From Octopus sinensis (lineage: Eukaryota), in the NCBI RefSeq assembly GCF_006345805.1, contig NC_043007.1, positions 3,348,001-3,412,000 of the forward strand: DNA of 64,000 nucleotides, written 5' to 3'. Positions 51,571-64,000 of this stretch are shown here, piece after piece. Numbering within the stretch: position 1 is the stretch's first letter; each line of letters opens with the position of its first letter. The translations under genes were made by a program, and so were the position numbers. The notes beneath the pieces were generated by a model. That model made no database searches and was not told the DNA's origin. It saw nothing but the letters and a program-made list of their open reading frames with translations.

Positions 51571-52123
51571 CAATAATAGTCCCCTTTTAGGTTATTTTAG
51601 TTTAGTTTAAATTAGTTTAGATGATATATATTTTTGGTTATGTTGTCTAGGATTTAATTATAGTTAGTCTTTATTGATATTTCTTTGTTTTAATTAGTTC
51701 ATTTTTAATGTATATTAATTTAGCAGTTTATGGTACGTTAAAACTTTAATAATTTATATTAGATTTTTTTATTTTTTTATTTTTATTTTTATTTATTTTA
51801 TTTTATTATGTATTTTTATTTTGCATTTGTTATATGTATTTTGAGGATATATTTATATGTTTTTGGGTGTTATTTAGTGGTGTTTTTATTGAGTTTTGTA
51901 TGTATGTGTGAATGTTTAAGATCCCTTGTTTTTTGTTTTTTATTTGTATGTTGAATTGACAGATTTTATTTGGGTATTGTCTTTTATAATAAAGTACACA
52001 CCCATAACAATTATAAGTGCCCACTTCATTCGTTGTACTTGGGTTTGCATGTGAGCCTCAGCATATGCACCTAACGGCCACTCCAGCCCCACATGGATAA
52101 ATAAACACATACATCCCCTAAAA

Positions 52124-52160
<37 letters not shown>

Positions 52161-52820
52161 AGTAATCCCATTCACACCAATTATATGTATACAATTATAC
52201 ACACTTGAATAATACATACTAGCCCTAATATACTGAACATACTAATAATCACCAACTAACCACCATCACAAATGAAACCCACACCCATACTATGACAAAA
52301 CTCCCCCATACCCTATTTACACCTACATAGTAATCCCAATATATTCTTCCATACATGGACGCAAGTGCGTGAAGCACATGAACATAATTAGTACGTACAA
52401 CCCCTAATACACACTAATATATACGTATCAAGCTCGACCTCCACAGTGATAAGTTTACACACAATCACACCCAGATGGGTGAATTGCACAACCAGTGAAT
52501 GCTCACACATACGGGCGCGATTACATTGTTGCATATATCGAGCCAAAATAGTATGCATATGTACATGTGAGGGGTACACGTAAATGAAGTGAGCGTGTAC
52601 CCCCTGTATTTATACCCGTGCGTGAATATACACATGGAGACTACCACACAGGTACAAATGTGTTTAGAAATGGGAACCCCATCACTACACTTAATGTATA
52701 CTCTCACCCATCCGCACGGATGTGTAAGTGTATCTCCGGTGTATATGTTGAGGCTTATATGTAGAGTTGTTGAAGTGAACGTCGTTGAAATTGTGAATGA
52801 ATGGGTAGAGTTGGGAATTG

Positions 52821-54389
52821 TAACCGGGTGGTGGACTAGTGTTGCTTGGAATTGTGAATGGATTAGGGTGGTAATGAGGTAGGCATTGAGTATGGGTTAC
52901 TGTAAGTTGTTTGTTAGAGATGCTAGGGTGAGCTAAAGCTCATAATGTATATAATTGATTTTTCATGATGATAGTTTTTTAAGAATCCATTCATAATAAA
53001 TTTTTTTTAAGTAGCGTTGGTTTGCTACGTGGAAATAGTTTTTAGTTCCATTTATTATATTTCTCCATTCATACTATGAATGACGTTTACTTTCTATGGC
53101 GCGTATTCTTTTTTTACATTAGTTATTTCCATGGTAACGTAATTTTGTTTGGTTTTTTAACGGCTAAAAATCTAATTTCACTTCATAATTTGTAACTGAA
53201 TTGTAAGTATGTATTTGATTTATCCTTATGTCATAATGTTATTTTTGATATTCTGGTTAATTACGATGTATTTATTGTTGTTTTCATAAGAGTGTTTATG
53301 TATATGAGATTGGTTGTGAGTTTTTAATTGTATAATTAATTTATTTATCTGTATGAGTGTGGGTGTAAATATTGTTGTATATATCGAGTTTTAGTGAGTA
53401 TGTATATGCGTATATGTGAGGGAGCATATGTATCTGTTGTTGTGTGTGTTTTGCGTGTGTGTGTGTTTTGTGTGTGAATGTGTATTTGGGTTTGTTATTT
53501 AGGATTTGGGATGTATGTGTTAATTTGTCTGTGTGGGGAGGGAGTGGTTTTTGGTGTATATTGAGGTTTATAAGTTAGTATAGGTTTGTGTATAAGTCTT
53601 GGGTCTGTGGTTTACGTGTGGGTTTTTTGTGTGTGAGAATGTTTAGGTTAGGGGGATTGCTATATAAGTTTGTTATAGGGTTTAGCAAAGGGAGATTTTA
53701 TTCGTTATATGCTTTTATGAGTTTTGTGTTTATCATGGTTTTTTTTAGGTAATTCGTGGTATTTGTATATTTTAGGTGTTGGTTATTTTTTTACATTGTT
53801 TCATTCATAATTTTTGAGTGGTGTTCGTTTTGCACGTGAATAACCGGGTGGTGGACTAGCGTTGCTTGGAATGTGAATGGAATAGTGTAGTAGTGAGGTA
53901 GGCATAGAGAATGGGATTGGGTTACTGCAAGTTGTTTGTTAGAGATGCTAAGGTGAGTTAAAGCTCATAAAGTATATAATGTTTTTGTGGGTGTGTAAGT
54001 ATTGTTGTATATGTCGAGATTAGTGAGTATGTATAGGCGTATATGTGAGGGAGTATATGTATCTTTTGTGTGTGAGTGTTTTGCGTGTGTGAGTGTGTTT
54101 TGTGTGTGAGTGAATGTGTATATGGGTTTGTTATTTAGGTTTTGGGATGTATGTGTAATTTGTCTGTGTGGGGAGGGAGTGGGTTTTGGTGTATATTGAG
54201 GTTTATAAGTTAGTATAGGTATGTGTATAAGTCGTGAGTTTGTGGTTTACCGTGTGTGTATTTGTGTGAATGTTTAGGTTAGGGGGTTTACTTTATAGGT
54301 TTGTTATAGAGTTTAGCAAAGGGAGATTTTATGTTATATGTTTTTAAGAGTTTTGTTTTATCATGGTTTTTTTTAGGGAATTCGTGGTA
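52821..54389 (+). repeat. Imperfect direct repeat of a G/T-rich unit (52821-53761; 53841-54389)
   Basis: Both copies start TAACCGGGTGGTGGACTAG and end ATTCGTGGTA. Copy 2 lacks about 52955-53358. Confidence 0.9.
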
Positions 54390-54523
54390 ATTAGTCTATA
54401 TTTTCGATATGGATTATATATAGGTTATATATGGATTATATACTTATATTTTTTCATTTATACTTTAATTATTTAAAAGTATTATTTTTATATTTTAAAA
54501 TTTTGATTTTTTAGATTGGAAGT

Positions 54524-54566
54524 CCACCTGAAGATTGTCGATCAAGACAAGAAACGATTGTAGTGG
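54524..54566 (+). ncRNA. Type I hammerhead ribozyme at the end of the PLE 3' region
   Basis: CCAC-CUGAAGA-UUGUC(GAUCAA)GACAA-GAAA-CGAUUG-U-A-GUGG. All three stems pair; GUA triplet. Confidence 0.82.
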
Positions 54567-54652
54567 CGGTTTTTTTGACTATTTATTAAATTTTATGTAT
54601 TGATTAAGTCTTTCCTTGTTTGTTTTGCAAAATAGTGGTTTTGTCTCAAATA

Positions 54653-54684
<32 letters not shown>

Positions 54685-55010
54685 CGACAGGCTTCTTTCA
54701 GTTTCCGTCTACCAAATCCACTCACAAGGCATTGGTCGGCCCGGGGCTATAGCAGAAGACACTTGCCCATATATATACAAAGAATGGGGCTTTAGTTCAC
54801 AGGTGATCTAAGCGATCAGGCACGATAGATAAGTGCTGTAACGGATTACTTGGGCTCCAAGATTATAACCGAGACGGTAGTTATGGAGCCATTGCAGATT
54901 ACCGGTGCAGCGGATATAAAATTGTTAAACATTTTTATTTTTTATTTTTGACGTCGTTTAACAATTATATATATACATATATATATATACATACATACAT
55001 ATGCATATAT

Positions 55011-55413
55011 AGGAGTGGCTGTGTGGTAAGTAGCTTGCTTACCAACAACATGGTTCCGGATTCAGCGCCACTGCGTGGCATCTTGGGCAAGTGTCTTCTA
55101 CTATAGCCTCGGGCCAACCAAAGCCTTGTGAGTGGATTTGGTAGACGGAAACTGAAAGAAGCCCGTCGTATATATGTATGTATATATATATATGTGTGTG
55201 TATGGTCTTGTGTCTGTGTTTGTCCCCCTAGCATTGCTTGACAAACGATGCTGGTGTGTTTACGTCGCCGTAACTTAGCGGTTCGGCAAAAGAGACCGAT
55301 AGAATAAGTACTGGGCTTACAAAGAATAAGTCCAGGGTCGATTTGCTCGACTAAAGGCGGTGCTCCAGCATGGCCGCAGTCAAATGACTGAAACAAGTAA
55401 AAGAGTAAAAGAG
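55011..55413 (+). mobile_element. SINE family C, full length (partial opposite-strand copy at 54683-54768)
   Basis: Head AGGAGTGGCTGTGTGGTAAG, internal (TA/TG)n, tail GTAAAAGAGTAAAAGAG. Confidence 0.92.
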
Positions 55414-57579
55414 ACAGTATGTATTCCCATCTACATATGTGAAACCTGTATAGGTAATTCCATAATATGAGATTACATTAATAACAGCAAAGAAGTAAAA
55501 AGAAAATATTCTCAATAGAAATTTGCGACTGAAGATGGTTCAACAATGACTAGAAGCATGTTTTCTTGACATAATTCTTTTATATATAAATTACTCTCTA
55601 AACCCCGACAATACGCATGCCACTACGGAATTACTTGAAATCTTGGATTCCTTTGTTTTGTTTTATTTTTTTCATTGCTTTTTTTTTTTCTTTCTCTTGC
55701 CTTTCTCCTGTTTGGTTTTTCACTTTATCCTTTACATTTTATTCAGACTTTTCATGCTCCGAATATCAATGCTTTTCGTTTTGTCCGTTTCATCCTTTGC
55801 CACAAGACTTTCTATGCGTTATTGTCATATAAAATATCAAAAATATTTCACTTGTATTATAAAGAATTACATTCAGATGTAATGCATAAATTTAACCAAA
55901 AACGTCGTCCGTTTTGAAGAGCTGAACTTAGCCAAGATACAAGAATGATTAAAATATGGATTACATTTGTTTAAATCACTCTGCTACACGGCTGCATTGT
56001 ATTCTTAAAAACTTACTAAATTTTCAAAATCTTGATTTTCTCGAAATCAGAACGCCAACCTACTGTAAATTAATTCTTGTGCATGGAGACTGTCAATGGT
56101 CGATTTAGTCGTCAATTGGATTTTGTGTCCCCTCGGTTGTCGATTTACAGACAGATGCTCAATATGATATCGTGTTTCTGCAGTCGTCGACTTAAAGACA
56201 GATGTTCAGTATGAGCTGCCTTGCCGTCACTCGGTGTAGGCTTGTTTGCGTGCATTAATTGTCAACTTACGTATATTCATATGAACTGTGCTACTGTCGC
56301 AAGTCTTGTATGGATTCTAAGGAGATGATCTTTCTCTAAACTAAACAATTGAAATATGAAATTAAATAACGTGTCTAACTATTGTAATCAATGTTTAGAT
56401 ATGTTATTTAATGAAGAACTAAATATTGCCGAGAATTTGATTATCTTCTGAAGACAGGTTCCTCTAAAAGAAGATTATTTACACCATACCATAATCAGTC
56501 GTACCGTAGATTGTTACAATAAACGAAATACTTCAGAGAACTCCCAATAACCACTTATAGCTTTTTTAAAATAAAAATGAAACACATTTTCCGCTTTGAA
56601 TCCATATATTATTGAATATCGTTTGTTGTTTCCAGTCCCCTCCACACACACAAACACAAACAACAGACGTATACACACACACACTCATACACACACACAC
56701 ACACACCCAGACACACGCGCACAAAACAGACTACATATAAATTTATAAACGTTTGCCGTTGCTTTTCAGGAGCTGTTTGCTTCGTTTCGTTTAAGATTTT
56801 ATCGATATATTCTCACAAACTAAAAGGCAGCTTTATTGGAATGCTGTCATACGAAGTTATAGAATTAGATGATGCATTGAAATATTCTGTTTTATAAAAC
56901 AAAGATAAACTGATGAACAGGGTAAAACACCGAACCAAATTCCTAATGAAAATGGATTAATATGGCAAGTAAACGATAATGTACTTCAAAAGAAACATTT
57001 TCTTTTATTTAAACATTATATCGCAATGAAAAAGAATTACTTTAAAGATTTCGATACGCAGAAGACTTTGATAGATTACATTTCCTCCTGTATTGTACTT
57101 CTGACACTTTTTTTATGTATATTTTTAACGAATTATAGCGTTTCCGTGTGCTTTTTCCCAGCTGCGTCAACAACAGAAATCTTACTTTAACAGTACATAT
57201 CTTTCAAAACATTAATTTCCTTGCAACAAAAAACATCAAAAACCAGTCATATTTTCTCATAATTATACCACGATAATAAAAATACATAGAAAATGAGATA
57301 AAATCTTGTCTGAAACACAACATTAATGGACTAAATGGACTAAAATCCCTGTGGTCATGATTTCAAATCCGGCATATGTCAACGTTGCCATAGTTATCTT
57401 GCGTCGATTGCGTGTATGTGTGTTTGTGTACAAATTATATATATATATATATATTTCGTTTTTGGAAGACGCAACGAAAATTTTAGGAAAATAAAAATAA
57501 GAAAAAAGTGGAAATTTTACCGGTGAGTATGTTACATTATAAGGCACAAAGAGAAAATGACTCTCCCCAGACACAACAG

Positions 57580-57631
<52 letters not shown>

Positions 57632-57692
57632 TGTATGTATGTGTGTATGCATGTATGTATGTATGTATGTATGTGTATATATATATGCGTGC

Positions 57693-57753
<61 letters not shown>

Positions 57754-58149
57754 CATATATACATATATACATACATAATCCAATGTATGATCGTTTGTCT
57801 ACAAATATTGACTTATAGATTGGTTCGTATTTTGCAATCATTGATCAATATCTCATTATCAATACTAACTTCCAGGAAACTAAAAACTGCAAAGAGAGAT
57901 TCCTTTTTTTCTTTAGAGAATTCCAAAATAGTTAAGTACGTAACGCAGATGAAAACGCCGTATCTCTATACAAGGGCATCACCATCGTTTTACAGAACTT
58001 GTAAACTTCCAGTGTCAGTCATGATGTTAAACAACTTATATATATACATGTTCATACCTAAATTACTTCATCGTGTGCAGACCAGTCTGTTCAGTGGCCT
58101 CGAATCAGCCAATGATGATATTTTTAATCTTCCTGTTCTTGAAATCATT

Positions 58150-58378
58150 CTTTTACTCTTTTACTCTTTTAATTGTTTCAGCATTATGACTGCGGCCATG
58201 CTGGAGCACCGCCTTTAGTCGAGCATATCTATCCCAGGACTTATTCTTTCTTTGTAAGCCTAGTACTTATTCTATCTGTCTCTTTTGCCGAACCGCTAAG
58301 TTACGGGGACGTAAACACACTACTATCGGTTGTCAAGCGATGTTGGGGGGGGGCAAATACAGACACACAAACATATAT

Positions 58379-58414
<36 letters not shown>

Positions 58415-58610
58415 CACACACACATATATATATATATTATATATATATATATACGACGGGCTTCTTTCAGTTTCCGTCTACCAAATCCACTCACAAGGCT
58501 TTGGTCGGCCCGAGGCTATAGTAGAAGACAATTGCCCAAGGTGCCACGCTGTGAGACTAAACCCGGAATCATGTGGTTGGTAAGCAAGCTACTTACTACA
58601 CAGCCACTCC
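58150..58610 (-). mobile_element. SINE family C, full length
   Basis: All modules are present. Confidence 0.92.
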
Positions 58611-60199
58611 TACGCCTATTACGTCATTATTAATGTTAATTTATGCTTCTGTTTCATTCATGTTTTGAGATTCCTCAAACAACATTTCCAAAGTCTCTAT
58701 AAGTACTAGAATCTTGCTCACTACGTTTGTTTATCCTTCTTGATGACCTCTCTTATATAATATGGCTAACGCTACATCCTAGAAAACTAAACTTCTTCAA
58801 TACAAGAAAATATTTCTGCGTTCAACGATCACTAGTCCTCGACAAACTTATAATGTCTACCTACGCCTACAATATATCAACATCTAAAATGGTGTCATTG
58901 CTACACACAAATATCCCTAAAACATCCAAAGTAAGATAAGAAATCATTTGGCAAATTCCCGCTCACAAACACACTAAAGGTGGTACTCCAGCATGGCCAC
59001 ACTCTGATCATCTCTCTTCCTATTTTATCGCTAACATCTGTGTGTATGTCACTCTCTCTTACCTAGCTCTATAGAGCCTTCTTCTCTTCCTGGTCCCATC
59101 CAACACGTCTGTCTCCTCGGAAAACACCTAATGTATTTCATCCATCTCAAACTCACCGTGACCATACCGACTAACGCTAATTCTTTCATCTATTCGCAAA
59201 TTAAAACCTCTGGAATTCCTTATTTTTCTAGTTTCGAATGATTTGTAGTTATGTAACGAAATGATTTTTCTTATGACAAAATAATTAGCTTTTATATAAT
59301 TCTTATAGAAATTTTTTCCAAGTTTGTTTTTGTGAGAGTTTTTGCTAATTAAGAAGAAATAATTTCGCCAGTTTATAGCGTTATCAATGAACAGTTCATT
59401 AAACCTGTTCATAATTTTCGAAACACTGAGCAGTGTGAGTTTGATAATCGATGAATGAATAACTGTGTCTTGTATCAGGCCACCACAAATGAAAACAATC
59501 CGTACTACGTCTTACCTCGGATTAAAAGACCAGACATTTACGAACCGTCTACGCTAGCGTTTGTGATTTTCAAAAACTCTCACGAAGTAAATTCCACATC
59601 ACTCATACTTCGCTCCTGAGACACATTTAGCAAAGGAAACATAGGGAAGAATCTACCGATATTGATAGCTTATCTGGCACAAGTCCACTACGTGCAATCA
59701 TAGTTCAAATTGGGGAATTTTCTGATTGATTGAGGAATATAACATTATCAATCACCAAGCACAAATAATGAACACAGCAGAGGCAATAACAACTTTAGGG
59801 ATGTTATGGAATTTTGAAACCTAATTTCGAGAGGACAATCCACAGGACAAGTGACTTGGCATGTTTTTATGTTATATCGTCTTCTTGTCTTTTGCTGCAG
59901 CAGCTACGACGACACAATCCAATAAAGACTTTTGTGCTTCAATTCCCAGCTTGAAACAACCATTTAAGAAAGGAATGTCATGTCCAGTATTCGATCTTCA
60001 AAATTATCTTGTAAACGGTCCGATCCGTATGCAGCTCACTCGTAAATTTTTTACTATCCACGCTATACCGTTGGTGTATTCTGAACTCTTTATCTGGATT
60101 TTCCTTTTTCTCTTTTTAACAGGAAGTCCACGAGATTACCCGTCTCGTTCTTTAACAGGAAGTAAATGAGATTCCCGGTCTCGTTCCTTGCTAACTTCC

Positions 60200-60435
60200 T
60201 GTATGTATACATACATACATACATACATACATACATACATACATACATACATACATACATACATACATACATACATACATACATACGTCATTTTAACTCT
60301 GCCCAAAAAAGTCGTTATACATTTCTCATCACAAACCCCTCAACCAGGTTTTGAAAACATTTCAAGTTCTCTTCAAAAAACATTCTAAGTTCTCTTCTTC
60401 ATTATATTTTCTCGTTATTTGCACTGATTATAGAT

Positions 60436-60508
<73 letters not shown>

Positions 60509-60588
60509 ATAATATATATATATATGCAAATATATATATACATATATATATGTAGATATATATAAACATATATATACATATGTATATA

Positions 60589-60619
<31 letters not shown>

Positions 60620-61312
60620 TCACATATATATATTCGTGTATTGCCATCGCCCGATCGAAAGTCCCACACATTCGAAGGCAACGATCAGCCATTTTTGTGA
60701 CAGGTCATAATACTTTTTCTTTTTCAAGCGATGCCTGCGCATGAGGATCCTTTATTGTGCGGAAAGGACTTGCACACATATATACTGTGTGTTTCTTTAC
60801 TTCTGAAGATCATTTTTACCTTCGGAATTGCGGCAATAATATTTCATTTTCCCGAATTAGCAGGAAAGGGGTTAATAATAATACATCAAATAAAATGTAG
60901 TTATGAAATAGACAGAGACTTCGGCAGTGAATCATTCCTGACACTATGTATTGATCATTCAACTCGGGAGTGTCATTATAATGACAGCCATATTAGCCTT
61001 AATCAGTGGGATATTAACCAGTGTTCAAATTAGTTAATATCTCAATGATTAATTTTCAAATATTGTGTACGTATGTGTTAATGTGTGTCCGTGTGTCCGT
61101 GCGATTGTCTGTGTGTTTGCATGTGTGTCTGAGTTTAAAAAAAAACATGATGCCCGAAAGGGAATAAATGAGTTTATCAAGCATCCACGAGGGAGATAAT
61201 GAAAAGTGAAGGGAACAGAAACGATGGAGGAACTGTCACGAGAAGGGACAAACGATTTATTGTTGCACGCGTGATTGTGTGTATGTGTGTGTATATGTTT
61301 GTGTGCGTGTGT

Positions 61313-61384
<72 letters not shown>

Positions 61385-61858
61385 GTGTGTGTGAGCATTT
61401 ACGTTTTGTTAATTGAATGACGGAGAACTGGATGGGCTCTCGTGTATTCACTCATTTCAGAAATCAGAAAGCTCTCATTCTCTCTTTCACTCCGACTCAT
61501 TTTATCTCTCTTTCTCTCTCTCTCACTCACTCACTCTCTCTCTCTCTCTCACTCACTCACTCTCTCTCTCTCTCACTTTCACGCTCTTTCTTTCTCTCAC
61601 TTTCTCTTTCTCTCTCTCTTTCACTCTTACTCGTTTGCAATATTTACCAATCTATCTTCCTTTTATTTCACTTCTACACACTCCTTACACAAGTGCAGTA
61701 GAAAGATAGATAGATAGATACATACATACATACATACAACATACATACATATATACATACATACATACATAGACAGATAGACAGACAGATACAATACATA
61801 CATACATACATACATACCATCATACATAACATACATAACTACATATATGCCTACATCA

Positions 61859-61905
<47 letters not shown>
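60200..61905. repeat. Microsatellite fields (CATA)n, (TA)n, (TG)n, (CT/CACT)n
   Basis: Directly visible, interleaved with unique-looking DNA. Confidence 0.9.
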
Positions 61906-61912
<7 letters not shown>

Positions 61913-62381
61913 GCCAAGAAGAAAATGGAGAACAATAGGTGGTTCATCAACTTTTGGACATTAAAATGTTACCTTATTTTTTTATTAAACTGATAATTAC
62001 ACACATGTATGTATGTTTTTATGAATGTTTATACACACACACACACACACACACACATAGTAATTGCGAATTATTTATATATATGTGGGTGTTGCGTGCG
62101 CGTGTGTATGTGTGTGTGTGATGAAAGCACGAGATATCACCATGGAAACTTGGGACTTGATTTCCTGTTACGTTCAACTCCCACGACGGTATAATGCTGC
62201 GAATTAAAGATCGATATGTATTAACGCTATTATTTCGGAGCCAAAGGAGAACTTATTTCAAAAGGAACCAGAAAAAAATATGATGTTCATGTACCAGCTG
62301 CTTCATTCCGCACGCAATGACGTAGCTGATACGTCAACTATTTGTTTACTCATCGTTCATTCAAACTATACATAAATATGT

Positions 62382-62762
62382 GGAGGCGCAATAGCCTGGT
62401 GGTTAAGGCAGCGGACTCGAGGTCGTAGGATAGCGGTTTCGATTCCCAGACCGTGCATTGAGAATGTTTATTGAGCCAAAACCCCTACAGCTCCACGCCG
62501 CTCCGGCAGAGGGTGGTGGTGAACCCTGCTGTACTCTTTCACCACAACTTTCTCTCACTCTTTCTTCCTGTTTCTGTTGTACTTGTATTTCAAAGGGCCA
62601 GCCTTGTCACACTCTGTGTCACGCTGAATCTCCACGGGAACTACGTTAAGGGTACACGTGTCTGTGGAGTGCTCAGCCACTTGCACGTTAATTTCACGAA
62701 GAGGCTGTTCCGATGATTGGATCAGCTGGAACCCCCGTCGTGGTAACCGACGGAGTGCCACG
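62382..62762 (+). mobile_element. SINE family A, full length
   Basis: Matches 6437-6822. Confidence 0.9.
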
Positions 62763-62766
62763 ACAT

Positions 62767-62799
<33 letters not shown>

Positions 62800-62804
<5 letters not shown>

Positions 62805-63023
62805 CTGGCTTCCTTTTTGTCTCGGGAGACAATGGAGTTGCGCATAAAATAATCTAGTCCGGCTTTTACATTTCATGTCCTAATACATCTTCTGCTGTGG
62901 CTGTGTAGTCTCCTGGACAAACACTCCCTCTGGCAGGTGCCGCAAATGTAGCGAAGACTTTGCCTGGCTGGTTGTAATGTCATACTTTGTTGTTGACGTC
63001 TTTTCTTGTCCTTCCATTTCTCT

Positions 63024-63080
<57 letters not shown>

Positions 63081-63680
63081 ACTCCTCTGTGTTCCCTCTT
63101 TTACGGTACGTCGCCAATCTCCACGGTTGCTGGCAACTGCTTCCCAGTTGGTAATATTGATGTTGCAGGCATTCTTGTCCCTTTTGCAAACATCCTTGTA
63201 TCGTAAGAACGGTCTTCCCACAGACTTAGTGCCCCTAGCAAGCTCTCCGTAGAGTATGTCCTTGAGGATTCTGCTATCTTCCATACGGCTAACATGTCCA
63301 AGCCATCTCATACGTCTTTGTGTGAGGAGTGCAAACATGCTTGGTATTCCTGCTTGCTTGGGAACATCTTTGCTGGGGACATGATTCTGCCATTTGATGC
63401 CAAGGATTTTTCCGGAGGCAGCGCAGGTGAAAGATATTTAGGCGACGTTCTTGGCGTGTGTATGGCGTCCAAGTCTCACTTCCATACAGTAGAGTGCTAA
63501 GTACACATGCCTGGTAAATCTTCATTTTTGTGGTCTTGGTCAGCTTATTGTTGTCCCATCCTCGTTTGGAAAGTTGGGCCATCACAGCAGCTGCCTTGCC
63601 AATGCGTATATTCAACTCGGCATCAAGGGATAGGATGTAGGTGACGGTAGAGCCAAGATCTTGTACGCAATCCCGATTCT
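62800..63680 (-). mobile_element. RTE/BovB-like LINE, 5'-truncated, frameshifted
   Basis: RIGKAAAVM...LLYGSETW...FHLRCLR; RRMRWLGHVSRMED...GRPFLRYKDVCKRD; C-terminal YICGTCQRECLSRRLHSHSRRC. The 3' stem-loop is TGTCTC-CC-GAGACA. Confidence 0.92.
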
Positions 63681-64000
63681 GGTGTTGGCAAGAGAAGATA
63701 TTCAGAAACGTTGAGATTTGAGATCAGGGAAGGGTTAGCTTAAGTTCTTTGACAAATTTATAGAGATAGTAACAAATACTAAGTTGGTATGTCGTTCTTA
63801 AAATTCGAATCGTTTTAAGATGCATTTAATCTATCATTTATATGTATACTAGAGTATCGACCAGACGGCATATATTTGTGGAAGAAAAGATGTGGTACGA
63901 CATAAATAATGTTATGAGGAATTTATGTCGCTGCGGGTTGTGTCAACAGGAACCAAAAGTGAGAAAAAGTAGGTAATATCAATATATGCATGCGCCCGAT

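Noticed and set aside
52121-52157. Poly(A) tail of a processed pseudogene
   Set aside because: No upstream ORF or TSD; it lies inside the PLE 3' region.
50500-54500. Mitochondrial insertion, suggested by AT richness and strand skew
   Set aside because: No mitochondrial gene motifs; the coding part is a PLE GIY-YIG endonuclease.
55525-55566. CUGAAGA-UGGUU/GACUA-GAAG-CAUGUU hammerhead-like motif
   Set aside because: GAAA is mutated and stem I does not pair. Possibly a very old copy, but not supportable alone.
56800-56960. Possible third PLE C-terminal remnant (KDKLMNRVKHRTKFLM) overlapping a CTGATGA
   Set aside because: Too short and diverged; the ribozyme would need GAAC in place of GAAA.
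57508-58218. Longest listed ORF (236 aa)
   Set aside because: A chimera of a repeat end, microsatellites, unique DNA and a SINE tail; no domain signal.
58727-58939. Possible CR1/L2 3' remnant (HPRKLNFFNTRKYFCVQR)
   Set aside because: Only loose resemblance to the CR1 C-terminal motif; needs a profile search.

Overview
AT-rich, microsatellite-saturated eukaryotic genomic DNA. Its SINE repertoire looks like a coleoid cephalopod, most likely Octopus; this is recognition from memory, not a database hit. No host protein-coding gene can be supported, and nearly all listed ORFs are microsatellite translations. The window is a mosaic of transposon debris: a Tc1 element, two mariner derivatives, two RTE LINE 3' ends, an R4/Dong-type LINE, a Ty3/Gypsy gag-pro fragment, a reconstructable Helitron, a Helentron-type element, a MITE, two Penelope-like element (PLE) endonuclease remnants and about 25 tRNA-derived SINE copies from three families. 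The main hidden signal is a dense set of minimal type I hammerhead ribozyme (HHR) motifs, about ten intact or decayed copies from at least six unrelated carriers. They include an element in which a tRNA-derived Pol III head leads directly into an HHR (36172-36403), a 266-bp palindrome carrying one HHR on each strand (44731-44996), and two unrelated carriers with a covarying U3-A8 core. All structures were folded by eye and none has been tested for activity.
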